Origin: Lama guanicoe
Lineage: Eukaryota
NCBI GenBank assembly: GCA_013239625.1
Contig: MU054187.1
Span: 9,941,231-10,005,230 of the forward strand
DNA: 64,000 nucleotides
Direction: 5' to 3'
Shown here: positions 25,450-39,356 of the stretch, piece after piece
Layout of the letters: the number at the start of each line of letters is the position of its first letter
Position numbering within the stretch: the first letter of the stretch is position 1
Made by a program: the position numbers and the translations under genes
The notes under the pieces: model-generated
The model's database searches: none
Told to the model about the DNA's origin: nothing
The model's input: the letters and a program-made list of their open reading frames with translations, nothing else

Positions 25450-27390
25450 CACTTTAGCAGGATAATGTAACAAAAAAATTTATACATGTAAAAACATGAT
25501 TTCAAAATACCTAAAGCATAAATTTGAAGAACTGCTGGTAAAAGTTGACAAATACAGAATCCTAATGGAGACTTTATTGCTTCTTTTTGTAAGTGTTAAA
25601 GCAGAAAATAATCAGTAAAGTTGTAGAAGAATTTACTTACCATAATTAACAAGCTGTTTTAATGGAAATGTATGAAATGAAACTCAGATTTTGTGAATAT
25701 ATATATAACACACATGCTAGTCCTTAAAGGAAGTCTCAGCAAATTTCAGTGGACTCAAATCCTTTGGACCATCTAAGGTAGAAATCAACTTTTAAAATAA
25801 CAAACTCTCCATATATTGGAAATCAGAAAATAAGGAACAAATTAGAAAATATATAAAAAGGGAAGAAAATTTAAATAGTTATTAGGCATCTAAAAAGTAA
25901 GAAAAAGAACAACAAAATAAACCCAAAGAAGCAAGTAAAGAAACAATAAAGAACAGAAATTAATGAAATAAAAATATGTAATACAGAGGATCAACAGAGT
26001 CTAAAGTAGGCTCTTTGAAAAGACTAATGAAATAGATAATAATTCTCTACTGATGTTGATCAAGGGACCAAAAAAAATGAGCTAGGGGTATAAATTAGAA
26101 ATATTGGGAATGAAAAATTGTCACTATAGTTGTAGTTAACCTTAAAGAGACAATAAAAAACAATTTTATGCTAATGAATTTGGAAATTTAAGTGAAGAAA
26201 GATTGCTACTAAAATTTAACTAAAAACTGGCAAAAATATAGAAAACATGAATAGTATCAGAATTATTTAAAAATTTTTGAGACACAAGTTTCAAATCTTC
26301 CCACAAAATAAACTCCAGGTCTAGAAGGACTGGTAGATTATGCTGAGCATTTAGGGGCAGAATTCATCTCACACCAACTAACACGAAATATGGAACCCAC
26401 AGCTGCTGTCGAGACTGTCATGCTCTGTTTTTGGAGGGAGGAGGTGATTAATCAGACTGATTGATTTATTAATGGAGGTACTGGGGATTGAACCCAGGAC
26501 CTTGTGCAGTCTGCTGAGCTGTACCCTCCCCCCTGAAACTGTCATGCTCTTGGTACTCAAACCCGACAAGGCCAATGTGAGAATGGGAAGTTATTAGCTT
26601 CTTTCACTCGTAGATAAAAGACTCCTAAAACTGAATGTTATAATGTAGAAAAGAATATTTCATCCCAAATTGGAATTACTCTGGAAAGTACGATGACTAA
26701 ATGTAGTATTTCATATCAGTTAAGAGTGTGGGCTTTGGAGGCTGAGTACCTCAGGTTTTACTAATTAGCCTGTGGCATGTTTCTCAACTTTTATTTTTTG
26801 TTTGTTAATTGGGATAATTAATGGTATCAGTTCATAAGGTTATTCTGAGAATTGAATGAATTAAAATATGTAAAGCATCTAGAACCATGTCTAATATATA
26901 CTAAATGCTAACTGGTTAGTGTTAGATACCAGTATTACCATAAAATCGGTTACCGTAATACACTGTATTAGGTGAATAAAGAAGAAAGTTATATGATTAT
27001 CTCAATAGATCCAGAGAAAGCATTAATAAAATTCAGTATCCATTAGTGATTGAAAACTTAACAGAATAGGTTAGAGGGTGACCTACTTAATTAACCCGAG
27101 AAAGTATAAACATGAAAAACCTATATCATATATTTTACTCAGTGGTGAAATGTTCAAAATACTCTTTTTGAAATTGATAATATGACTATTGTAATTATTA
27201 TCATCACTTCCTTTTAGGGCTCAATAATTGTACCAAGGTCAAAAATAAGAGAAAAAGGAAGATAGGTACAAAGATTAGAAAATAGGAGAGAAACTCATAT
27301 TTGCAAAAGAATGTACAGATAAAGTACTAGAATTAATATGAAGTGTTAGCAGAATTAATGAACACAAAATCAATATATAAAAAGCAGTTG
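25450..27390 (+). mobile_element. Degraded old L1 ORF2 fragments with nested SINE and MIR
   Basis: A-rich L1-like segments such as atggagacttta, aagaacaacaaaataaacccaaag and atatgattatctcaatagat..agagaaagcatt. Confidence 0.65.
26427..26534 (-). mobile_element. Vic-1-type SINE, internally deleted, with TSD
   Basis: ggaggtactggggattgaacccaggacc..tgagctgtaccctcccc; TSD gagactgtcatgctct (26411-26426) / gaaactgtcatgctct (26535-26550). Confidence 0.85.
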
Positions 27391-27480
27391 CAGGAAATGG
27401 CAGTTTCTTAAAAAGTTAAATGTATACTTACCACACAACACTGCAGTTCCAGTCCTAGGCATATACTAGAACATTTTGTA

Positions 27481-28652
27481 ACACTGTGTACAAAAATAAA
27501 CTCAAAATGGGTGAAAGAGCTAAATGTAAGACCAGAAACCATAAAACTCCTAGAAGAAAACCTAGGCAGAACACTCTTTGACATAACTTGTAGCAAAATT
27601 TTTCAGTCAGTCTCCTAAAGCAAAGTACGTAAAAGCAAAAGTAAGTAAGTCGGACCTAATTAAACTCAATGTTTTTGCACAGCAAAGGAAATCATTGACA
27701 GAATGAAAAAGACAACCTACTGAATGGGAGAATATATTTGCAAATGAAATGACTGATAAGGGGTTAATGTCCAAAATATGTAAACAGCTCATACAACTCA
27801 ACATCAAAAACACAAACAGCCTGATTAAAAAATGGGCAGAAGATTTGAACAGACATTTCTCCATCCATGCAAGTGGCCAATAGGCACATGAAAAAAGTAC
27901 TCAACCTCTCTAATCATCAGGGAAATGCAAATCAAAACCACAGTGAAATATCATCTCACACCTGCCAAGATGGCTATGATCAAAAAGAACATAAATAACA
28001 AATGTTGACAAGAATGTAGAGAAAAGAGAACCTGTATACACTGTTGTTGGAAATGCAAATTGGTGTAATCACTGTGGAAAACAGTATGGAGTTTTCTCAA
28101 AAAATTAAAAATAGGACTACCATATGATCCAGCAGTTCCATTCCTGGGTATATATCAAAAAAAAGCAAAACCACTAATTTGGAAAGATACATACACCCCA
28201 GTATTCATAGCAGCATAATTTACAATTGCCAAGGTATGGAAACAACCTAAATGTCCATCACAAGATGAATGGATAAAGAAGATGTATATATATACAACAT
28301 ATATACACACACAGTGGAATACTACTCAGCCATAAAAAGGAATGAAAATTTGCCGTTGGCTGCAACATGGATTGATTTGAGGGTGTTATCTAAGTGAAAT
28401 AAGTCAGACAGAAAGATAAATACTGTAAGATATCACTTATATGTGGAATCTAAGAAAAAGCAGCAGACTTATGGATAAAGAGAACAAACTAGTGATTACC
28501 ATTGGGGTGGGGAGCAAACTGTTGGGTATAAGATAGGATCAAGGAAGTATTGTACAACACGGAGAATATATATTTTGTAATATCTGTAAATGGAAAGTAA
28601 CCTTTAAAATTGTATAAAAAATAAAAATAATTTTTTTTAAAGTTAAAAAAAA
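27481..28652 (+). mobile_element. 5'-truncated L1 (ORF2 C-terminus plus 3' UTR and A-rich tail)
   Basis: aaaataaactcaaaatgg..accataaaactcctagaagaaaac..gacaacctactgaatgggagaa..gaaatgcaaatcaaaaccaca are canonical L1 ORF2 motifs. Confidence 0.92.
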
Positions 28653-29370
28653 CCCGTTTTATTTCTGCCACCAAAAAAAAAAAAGCGAGAAGAGATGATA
28701 TTTTTGGAAATGAGAGCCTTTTATAGTCTTCCATAATTCTTTAAAAATAATATTTGAATTTTTCTTTTATAATTAAGATATTTAAAATATGTTGTTTTCT
28801 TCAGAGTGGCTACATTACTGTATTTTGACATGTATTTAAATAGTACTTTATTGCTTGAGATTTATATTACCATAATATGTTTTAATTTTTTCTTTTTTCA
28901 AGTCCTAAGTTTTTCAAAATTTTTAATTTTATTTGGGATAGGCAGACTTTTTTTTAACTGTAATTATATTTTATTCTTGAAATGGCTAGGAAGTTATTAC
29001 TTATATTAGAGTACATTTTTTAAGTAAATCTTTATAGTATTGAGGGACTTCCACTGCATTCAGAAAAGTACAGAAGTTACAAGTATATTGCTTGATGAAT
29101 TGTCAGAAAGTGTTTTCACTTGTATGTGAAAGTTTTACTTTTATGTAACTGCCACCTAGGTCAAGAAATGGGTTCAGTAAATTTGAAAGTTCCGTTAATT
29201 GTGAAGGCAGAGACGGAAGTCATTTATTTAAGGATTTCTCTTTGATCTATAGAGAAATTCTTTTCCTATTTTAAATGTACTTGTATGCCATGCTATTTCA
29301 AAGGAGTGTTACATTGTCTTCTTGCTTTGTCATAAATGGATGTAGATTATTAATTGTGTATTTAATATAG

Positions 29371-29500
29371 GAATACGGCTGGACAGAATGAACTAAAAAT
29401 TACAAGTGATCGAGCAATAAATTCAGGAATGTTTTTTGAAGATAAACCAAAGCCTTCAAAACAATCACTTCAGTCTTACCAAGAAGCTTTGCAACAACAG
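29371..29500 (+). CDS. CSPP1: CSPP1 exon 13 (130 nt): [43 protein letters not shown]
   Basis: ttaatatag acceptor, CAG|gtattc donor, phase 2 to 0. Confidence 0.93.
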
Positions 29501-29502
29501 GT

Positions 29503-30250
29503 ATTCATTCATTTATTTATTCATTCATTCATCTAATGTTGAACATCTTATGTGTTAGTACAGTGGTTCCTTAAAACTCAGAGTATGGCAGAGGAGGAAA
29601 AAATACCAGTTATTTATAATTCAGTATGAAAAGTTTTGATGTAGATAGACTGGAATGCATGAGACAGGGAGAAGAATTGCCAGGGCTGTTAGGAGAGCTT
29701 CATGTGGTTGATAATATTTGAGTTGCATGTTATTCAGCGAATAAATATGAAATTCCTAGTGTATTCGGGGAGTGGAAATGATGTAGGAGAAGGGGCTAGA
29801 GTGTTAGATTGTGTTGAATTATAAAGGACTAGCTAATAAAGGGTTTTCAGTTTCATCTTGTTATATACAGCCAAAGGGAGGAATTTTAAGCCAAAGAAAG
29901 AAAGAAAATTGGGTGTGAGCAAATTAGGCTTTAGGAAGATATTTGATTGTGATGTAGACGATTGGGAAAGAGATGCGGCAGAGACCTTTTTAGTAAACTA
30001 TTGAGGTAGTCCAGCCAGGAGGTAACAAGGCCCTGCACCAGGTGGGGAAGATGGGAAGGACATTGAAGAGACACTTCTGGGGTTTCATTGATTGGGCTTA
30101 GATTTAGGGAATGAGGAAAGAGCAGGGGTCTTGAAGATGTTTCTGAGTATTGTAATCTAAGAATAACGAGGCTATGAACTAAGGAGAGGGGAAAAAAGAG
30201 GTAGAATGCTTAGGGAGGAGGCTAGTGTTCTGTTGTGGTTTGTAACGTTT
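29503..30250 (-). mobile_element. L2 LINE fragment abutting the exon 13 donor
   Basis: (attc)n tail followed by tgttgaacatcttatgtg and purine-rich L2-like body. Confidence 0.6.
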
Positions 30251-31306
30251 GAAGAGAGTTAGTTACTGAAGAGTAACCGTATCAAATGTATGAGTTTTTT
30301 GGGGAGAATACTCATATTTCCTCCAGAGAGGACCCTGCAACTCTAAGTAGTATGTTCACTTGAGGTATTTTTCTACAAAGTTTCACTTGGGTTTCTCCTA
30401 AAACTCTTTTTGTTCAGTTTTTACATTGGGCAACCTCCTTGAAAGATGGAGTTTAAAAAAAACACAGAATTACCAACATTATTTTTTGTGTGTTAGGATT
30501 CTACAAACAAAAGACTGCATTTGTCTATTTTCAAATGATCATATTAAAAACACCACTGACAAAACTAGACTTCCTAACACTAGAATTTTATGTATGTGAT
30601 GACTTCCTTGGCCTTCCTGGAGTAGTTACTTTAATTTTCCATGTATAGGTTATGATTTTAAAAGTAACTTTCCAAAATGTAAGTATTTATTCATTGCCTG
30701 TTTATATGTCTTTAGAGACCAACCCTGTGCTTATGCTTGACGATGATAGACTGTATTTGTTTTGTATGCTTTCATGAAGTGTACTTAAAGTAGCCCAGCA
30801 TTCTCCACAGAGCGCTGAACCTTCAATATCTTTGAATTCTGGGAATGGCGTTTGCCCGGGGTAGGGTAGGTCTGGTGGGGTGTAGGGAGTGTTTGGCCCA
30901 GGTTTCATGAGGTGTGGGGAGTAGTTTGTGGCTGGCCGAATTCCATGAAAGGTAGGTGAAAAAAGGAAAGTAGGGAGATCCTGTTAGTCCCCACGGAACT
31001 GGTGAAGTTAGGGAGGGAATGGCTCAGGTAGAAGCATTGGGTGGGAGGAAGGAGTTGGTTTAGCCCAAAGTGGCATCAGTGGCTGGAAAGGACTCAAATG
31101 ACATGATATGAGGAAGTAGCAGCTGTATTTTCCAGCTATTGAAGTATTTTTAGATTGGGTATTACATATATTTGTGCTATTAAATTTTATAGTGAAACAT
31201 ACTGAAAAAAAAACCTCTGTTTTTTTTCTCTAATAAGAAAAATAAAATAAAATCTGATATCAAAACTAACTTCTTGAATCAGAATACTTGTGAGCACTTA
31301 CTATGA

Positions 31307-31504
<198 letters not shown>

Positions 31505-32599
31505 TGAAAGAAACCAAGTCTAACTTTTTTAAACAATGAGGAATAGAAAGAAGTGGGAATCAGTCTGTAAGGCAAGGTCTCTTTTTAAGCAACTTAACAC
31601 AAAAGAGATGTTTTAATAGTAAACATGATAGCAGGTTAAAAAGCCTTTTTTCTTCAGATTACTGTTCATTTATTTTTATTAACAGATTTTTCATCTCTGA
31701 TGATAACTCAGTTGCAGAGAAAAGCTCATGTTATTTGGCAAGTTTTTACCCAAACTAGTCGTTAGAATTTTTTTTAATTTTCTAGTGAAAATAATAAAAG
31801 TTTTTTATTGGAAGTTTTTTTTTTTTTTTTTAAGCTGGTAGACATCTTCAAAATACATGATCTGGTGTAGTGGTAGGATGTTATGTTTAATTCATATATG
31901 CCATATACCTGCACAATGCAAGAACTCGTTTGAAAATAAAGACTTTGTCTCAAATTTTCTGGCAGGTTGCAGAATTATATTGATCTATCTTTCAGTATAG
32001 TCAAAATGTTTGACCTAGAAATCAAACAACAAGCACTTTGAAAAGAGGCTTTATACAACTTGCATGTATTGGGAGAGTCTCTGATTAGCTTTTAGCTAAG
32101 AATAAAAGCAGAGAAAGATAATGGGTATTTGAAAATTGTTTAATTAGAAATGAGAAATGAATAACTAGAAATCCATTAAAATGGTAAAAATGTAAATTTC
32201 ACGTTCTTTAGGTTTATGTATTGTAAGGACAGTTGAATGATACAATCAGAAGATGTTTTGGGAGTATTGAATATTTAGAGTGCTTAAGTATTATGCCTTT
32301 GATTCTTTGTTAAAGATGGCTTTTTAAAAAAGATGTATTTGAGGCCCACTTAAATTAATTAGATAACTCTTTTCTTTCCCAAAGGCTTTATTCCTTTCCT
32401 GTCTTCTCGTAAATACTTTCCTCATAGTTTGGCAGACTAGAACTCTTACTCTCTTTATAGATGAGGTGATTTTAGATAATACATAGATAAACATTTAACC
32501 TTAGAAATAAATGTTTATTTGAATATATATTGGAAAAACACTGACTTTTCCATTTATGGATAGTGCTATAACATTTCCTTTGAAAGTAAAGGCATTTAA

Positions 32600-32995
32600 C
32601 AAAAAGTACTATAACAGACAACTCTCAATTCTCAGAAGCTTAAGGCTTAAGGCAGTATAAGTTTAATTTTCACTTAAGTTGTGTTCTGATGCTGTTTGGG
32701 TGGTTCTCCTCTTAAGAGGTGACTGGGGAATCTAGGCCTCTTCCATTGTGTTAACTCCTCCACTTTGGAGTCCTTCACTTTGGGCTGCACAGATGTGGTC
32801 CAGAGGGTGGGAGAGCAAGTTGAGAATTTTGTTGGGGCCTGGCCTAAAAGTTGAGGAGTATCACTTTTGTCTTTGTTCCATTATTCAAACCTAGTTATAA
32901 GGTTCTAACCTAACTGCCTGGGGGGCTGGAAAGTTTGTTTCTTTATACCCAGAAGGAGGACATGAGATTGATAAGCATCTACCTAGTCTTTGCTG
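32600..32995. mobile_element. MaLR LTR (MLT1-like)
   Basis: gtatcacttttgtctttgttccatt..cctaactgcctggggggctggaaa is an MLT1-type segment. Confidence 0.55.
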
Positions 32996-33874
32996 TAATA
33001 AATTTAAATTGTGAATTGATAGAAACATAACAGTAACCACGAAGGAGGTGCTTATATAACTTTGGGAAGCACTAGAATAAAATAATTTCTTAGAACTTTC
33101 CAACTTTACAGTAAGATTATTTCTAGTTCAGACAACACAGTTACAGTGTTTTGTATGTGTTTAATTGGTAGAAGTGAGTAGGATAAGAATGGATTATTGA
33201 GTTATAATATATTGTTTTAGAATTGCTTGACCTAACAGGAATGGAGCAAACTTTTTTGAGATTTTTATTTTGAGTGGTAATGTTTAGTTTGCTTATTTAG
33301 TGCTATAGTCAAGCCATGAAATAGAAAAGGTGTACTATTTTATCAAATGCAGAAACTCTTTTTTAATGGTATTTTCGAAGCATATAAACTCATTACTTAA
33401 AGAATATCAGTTTGTTTTGAATGTGACTGTTATATTTTAGAGAGAGAGGGAACATAATTTGTCCATTATATTTGAAATATGTAGTAAAAGTCAGTGTTTT
33501 GCTTCACTTCATGTGATGGCCGAGACAATATAACAGGTGGTGTGCTGGGTGACTTTAATTCAGCTGCTGGCTTCTCTAATTATTCCTATTTCATCTTTGA
33601 TCTTTTACTACAAAGAAATGAAAGAATTGAATGTTCACCATTATCTTAGCTCTCTAAGAAAAATCTCTTTATAAGGTAAACTAGTTATTAATAAAATATC
33701 AAAATCTGTTACTCATACTATTGTAACATATCATCAACCCTTTTAAAGTAAATAACTCTCATTTTATTATTTGTACTACACTTAAAATCTGTTTCCTTTC
33801 TCAGTTCTTTATTCATTAAAATTCTTTATTCGAGTTCCCATAAAAAACTAAGTATATTCTAATGTCTTTCAGTG

Positions 33875-34220
33875 TGTGAATAGAAATAAACTGTGGTACA
33901 TCCATACGATAGGATGCTGCTCAGCAGTAAGAAAGAATGAACTGTTGATGCATGAAACAATTTGGAAAACTCTCAAGGGAGGGCTTAAGGGAAAGAAGCC
34001 CCTCTGTAAAGGCTATATACACGTATCTGTAGAAATGGAGAACAAATCACTGGTTACCAAAGGTTCTGGCTAAGGAGAGAAAGGAACTATCAAGAGCATG
34101 ATGCAGTTTTTGGAGGTGATGGAAGTGTTCTGTATTCTGATCATGGTGATGTTACATGACTCTATTGTATGTTAAAAATTTAAAAACTACACCAAGAGAA
34201 AAAAAAAGTTAAAAAAAAAT
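33875..34220 (+). mobile_element. L1M 3' end
   Basis: ataaactgtggtacatccatac..cagcagtaagaaagaatgaactg..ggtgatggaagtgttctgtatt and an A-rich tail. Confidence 0.75.
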
Positions 34221-34349
34221 AAAATACTTAGCCAATTTGAAAGATAGCAAAAGAATCTCATAGTTCTGATTAATAGCGAGATGAAACACGCATTCTTAAG
34301 CAAGACTGATTAAGTATTTGTATTTCTTTTATGCATTTTATTTGCCCAG

Positions 34350-36850
34350 TTAGATTTACGTTTATTTCTATGCTGTTTGTTGAGATACAATGCATACAAT
34401 ACAATTCACTTTTTAAGTGTATTGTCAGTGAGTTTTGACAGCTGATTCTGGTAACCACTGCCATAATCAAGATACAGAACATTTCCAGCTTATCTGACAC
34501 TATACCCTTGTCAGCCTCTGATCTGCATTCTGGCACGATAGTATTGCCTTTTATGTATTTTTTAACCTAGTGTGATGTTTTTGAGATTGATGTATGTTGT
34601 TTGTTTCAGTAGTGTATTTCTTTTTATTACTGAATAGTATTCTCTTATGGGAAGGTACCACGACTGTTTATCCATTTGCCAGTTGATGGACCTTTGGATT
34701 GTTCACAGTTTGAGGCTATTATGAATAAACCTGTTATGAATGTTTAGTTACAGATCTTCATGTGAACATAGGTTTTCATTTCTCTTGGGTAAACTCCTAT
34801 GAATGGAATTGCTGGGATATATAGTAAGTGTATGTTGAACTTTGTAAGAAACTGCCAAACAATTCTCCAAAGTGGCTGTGCCATTTTGCATTCCTACCAG
34901 CAAAACATGAGATTTACCATTGCTCTAAATCCTCATCAGCACTTGAAATTGTTCATCTTAAAAACTTTAGTCACTCTACTAAATGTGTAGTGATAGCTCA
35001 TTGTAACTTTTTGTTTTGAAATAATTTGACTTACAGAAGAGTTGCAAAGATACTATAGAGAGTACTCTAATTTCCCTTAATGTTAACATCTTACATAATC
35101 TTGGCACAGTGATCAAAACTAGATATTAAAATCGTTATAATACTATCAATTAAATTATAAACTTTGTTTCTCACCAGTTTTCCCCCTAATGTTCTTACTC
35201 TGTTCCAGGCTCTAGTCCAGGATTCCAGATTGCATTTAGCTGTCATGTGTCTTTAGTCTCCTCCAGTCTGACAGTTTCTCTATCTTTCTGTGTCTTTTTT
35301 GTTTTTATATATATGTAGCTTTGTTGATATAATTCCCATACCACTGAATTTATCCATTTAAAATATACAGTTCAGTGGTTTTTACTGTATTCATAGAGTT
35401 GTGCTAAAACCACACAGTCAATTTTAGAACACTTTCCACATTGAATTGCCTTGATACCTTTGTTGAAAATCAGTTGAGCATAAAATTATTTGACACCCAG
35501 TTCTGTTCCATTGATCTGGATGTCTGTCCATGTGCTGTATTACTCTCTGCATTACTGTAGCTTTGTAGTAAGCTTTGAAATTGAGAGGCCTAAGTCTTTT
35601 CACTTTGTTCTTCTTTTTCAGGATTGTTTTGGCAACTTGATTTCCTCTGTGTTTTCATATAAATTTTACTATCAGTTTGTCAACTTTAACAAAAAAAAGC
35701 AGGGTGGGATTTTTCATTGGGATTGCATTGGCTTTATAGATCAGTTTGGGGACAACCAGCATCTTAATTTAACAATACTGAGTCTTTTGATCCATGAATG
35801 TGAACTATTTATCCACTAACTAGTCTTAGTTGTCTTTTCTTAGCCATATCTTACAGTTTTCATATCTTGTGACATATTTTGTATACTTAAGTAGGTAATG
35901 TATTTTGATGCCATTTTAAAAGATAACATTTAAAAATTTCAATATCCATTTGCTCACTGTTTATTGAGATATAGTTAACTTTTGTACATTGCCCTTGCTT
36001 AACTCACTCTTTAGTTTTAGAAGTATTTTTATAGTTTCTTTGGGATTTTTTTGCACAGACAATCATGTTGTCTGCAAACAGTTTTACCTCTTCCTTTCTA
36101 ATCTGAATGCCTTTTATTTATTTTACTTGGCTTTTCACTGATTAGAAACTCCAGTACAGTGTTTAGAAATCACAACAGCAGACAGCCTTGTCTCTTACCT
36201 GATTTTAGGTGGAAAGCAGTATTTCACTGTTAAGACTAATGTTAACTTGTAGGGTATTTTTTTTAATAGATTTTTTTTAATTAGGTCTAGGATGTTCTCT
36301 TCCTACTCAGAATTTTCCTCATGAACGTGTCTTGAATTTTGTTAACAAATGTGCTTTTCTACATTTAAAATAATAATAATTCGTCTTTTTTTATTCTCTT
36401 AATATGTGGTGAATTACATTGACTTTTTGTAATATTGAACCACTCTTTCATCCTGGCATAAACACTGTTTAGTCATACTTTATTGCATATTTTACATGTT
36501 GTAGAAATTGATATGCTAATACTTTATTAGGGATTTTTGCATCTAGGCTCATAAGGGATATTTGTCTTTTTCTTATACTGTTGTCTGGTTTTGGTATCAG
36601 ATTAATGCTGGCCTCATAGTATGAGGTGGGAAGAGTTGTTTCCTCTTCTATTGGTAGAATGCACCAGTACAGCCATCTGGACTAGGCATTTTCTTTTAAG
36701 AAAGGTTTTAAATTATACGTTCTGTTTCTTTAATAGATAAAGAGATACTCAATTTATCTATCCTTATGTGAAATTTGGTGGTTTGAGGAGTTTATCCATT
36801 TCATCTGAGTTTGTAAGTTTTTTGGCATACAGTTGTTCACGATATTTTAT
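34350..36850 (-). mobile_element. Cluster of old antisense L1 fragments
   Basis: gaatggaattgctgg..gtaagaaactgccaaac..ccaaagtggctgtgccattttgcattcc and ttttggtatcag..aatgctggcctcata are reverse L1 motifs. Confidence 0.8.
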
Positions 36851-38329
36851 TTTATGTGTTGACAATTCCTTCCTTTAAGTCCTGTGCTTTCTCTGAGATG
36901 CAGTTCTCTCTCTTCAGCTGACATTTAGTGGATGTGTATTATGAACTAGGTTAAACTCTTCTAGGTCTGTGAGCATGAACTTTGTTCTAGGATCGTCTTC
37001 TGGCATTGTGTGTTCCTTGAGTTAGATATTCCTTCCATCCATTCTGTCCCACCTTGTCTCTTCTGCCCCTTTGTTTCTTTTTATGCCTTCTCTAAGGATG
37101 ATCTTTGAGTCTCTTTCTTCGTCCCTGACAGTGTTAAAACTCTCCACTTCACTTCCAAACTGTCTTCTGAATCTTTGCACCTGATGTTTGGTGGATTGTG
37201 TATACCTAGCACACAAAACCAACGTTCACTTTTAAAACCCAGCTCATCTTTGTTTTTTTTTCTGTAAAAGCATCGTCATTCTGATGATTCAAACTGAAAA
37301 ATGCCAGAGTCCTTTTGATGCCCCATAGCCAGTCAGTTAATAAGCCTAAAGTATAGGTTCTCCCTCTTCAGTATTCCTTGAATTCTCTTTTTGTTCACAT
37401 TACCACCATAATAGAGATTCATTATTCCTTATTGGGCTATTGCCATTTCTTCATTGCTTCTTCATTCTCCTCTGTTTTTCACATCCAAACTATATGTATT
37501 CAAAGTATAACCAACTGTATTATTCTATACTCAGAATTCATTGAGGACTCCAGAGTGTTACTGTCTGACTTCACATCCTTGTTCAGACATTTACTGATGT
37601 TGTGGTCTTTCAACAAATTAATTTAATTTTCTTATCTATAATACTGGGGTGAAAATAATAGTACCGTATCATGTAAGTTTTTGTACAGAATGTAAAAATG
37701 GCGAATATTAAATGTTAGCTGCCATTATTACTATTTCTACTTCTTTAACTACCAAAACTGTCTCCATTCTTGAATAGAACAGAGAACTGTCAGCTTGTCT
37801 TTTAGAATATTTCAGAATAGGCATCCAGCATGCATTTTCCTATCTAATCTCTCAGTGCTGTGTTATGTCTGCTTTGAGCTCCAGTCAGGCTGGACTACTT
37901 TAATGTTGCCAGAACAATATTTATGTTTTACTGTCTTGGAGCTGTTTCTTTATTATGCTTTCCCACCCATTTTCACCTGCGAAGCTCCTATCCAGTTTCT
38001 AAGTTGAGCCTGTCTTAAATGTTGCAGCAGGATGTGAACTTTACTGAGTCTGAACTCTCTCTTTGGTAATGTTTCTGTGTTATTTTCCATGTTCTAGTTG
38101 TAATGTATATTAAAAAACACATCTTTCAACTTAACAGGCTTCTGATAAGCACTTCTTATACCCAGTTTAAGTTCACTTTCACTGCTACCATACTGTCTCA
38201 GTTGTTCTGTGGAGAAAAACTACTTCTTATCTTGTTAAAGCTTTGAGTTCTACAACCATTCAAGTTTGTTTATAAGATTGACTGGTTATTTGACCTAGTC
38301 TTGTGTGCTCAGATTTTTGCCATGTGTAT

Positions 38330-38817
38330 GTGGTCTCTATTGCTGTGTTTACCTAGCATGCAGTATTTTAAAATAACAGACACTTGTTATCTTGTAGTTC
38401 TTGAGTCAGTAATTTGTGAGTGTTTTAGCTGGGTGGTTCTGTCTCAGATCTCTCATGAGGTGGCAGTCCAAGATGTCAGTCATTTGAAGGTTTTGTTGGG
38501 ACTGGAGAATCCATTTCCTATATGGCTCCCTCACATGGCTCAGGAGACCTCAGTTCCTCGCCCCGGGGGCCTCTCCATAGGGCTTCTTAGTGTCCTTATG
38601 ACATGGTAGCTGGCTTTCTTCAGAGTGAGCGAGCCGATAGGTCCAGCAAGGTGGAAACGTAATGTCTTTTGTGAAGTAGCCTTGGAAGTCATATACCATC
38701 CTGCAGCATCCTTTTCATAAGAAGTGGCCCACACTCAAAGGGAGGGGAATCAAGCTCCATTTTGTAAGGGAGGATTGTCAGAAAATTTGTAGATGCATTT
38801 CAGAACGGCACTCCACA
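38330..38817. mobile_element. MaLR LTR (MLT1F/G/H-like)
   Basis: tagctgggtggttctg..tctcatgaggtggcagtc..ggcctctccatagggct..cccacactcaaagggaggggaat. Confidence 0.75.
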
Positions 38818-39203
38818 TGATATTTTTTCATTAGGAACACTAATGGTGTTGGATAAACTTCACTATGACTAGTATTGAATCGTTGCTGTGTTTGTTCTAT
38901 ATTAAAGATATTCAGAATTCTGAAGTAATATAGATATGGATATGGTTTTTATGGATTGTCAAAGATCTGTGTACTCTTAAGTTCTCTATCAATTTTTAGT
39001 TTATTTTGTAAGGTCATTTTTTGAAAATTTTCAAAAAGTTTTGATAATTTTGTTTCTGTTTTTAGGGCACCAAGATACCACTGAATCATTCCAGCTCTGT
39101 ACTATTATTTTTCTCTCCATTTCTCTACTTTAAAAAAATGTATTAAGCATACTAATTATAGAAGTGTACTTACTGAAATAAATGGCTTATTTTTCCCTCT
39201 CAG

Positions 39204-39356
39204 CTGATTTGAATAGGATGCACAGACAAAATATAGATGCCTACCATAACCCAGATGCAAGACCATATGAAGATAAAAGGGCTGTTGTATCTCTAGACCA
39301 AAATTTAGCCACTTCAAATGCTGAGAACCTAGAAGATTCTGCAAATAAAAACTCAG
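39204..39356 (+). CDS. CSPP1: CSPP1 exon 15 (153 nt, 51 codons): [50 protein letters not shown]
   Basis: ttttccctctcag acceptor, CAG|gttttt donor, phase 1-1. Confidence 0.93.

Noticed and set aside
27408..27864. Minus-strand ORFs of 62 and 85 aa
   Set aside because: These are antisense translations of L1 ORF2, a common artefact.
30856..30895. G-quadruplex (four G-runs)
   Set aside because: One loop is about 10 nt and the motif is isolated, with nothing to suggest function.
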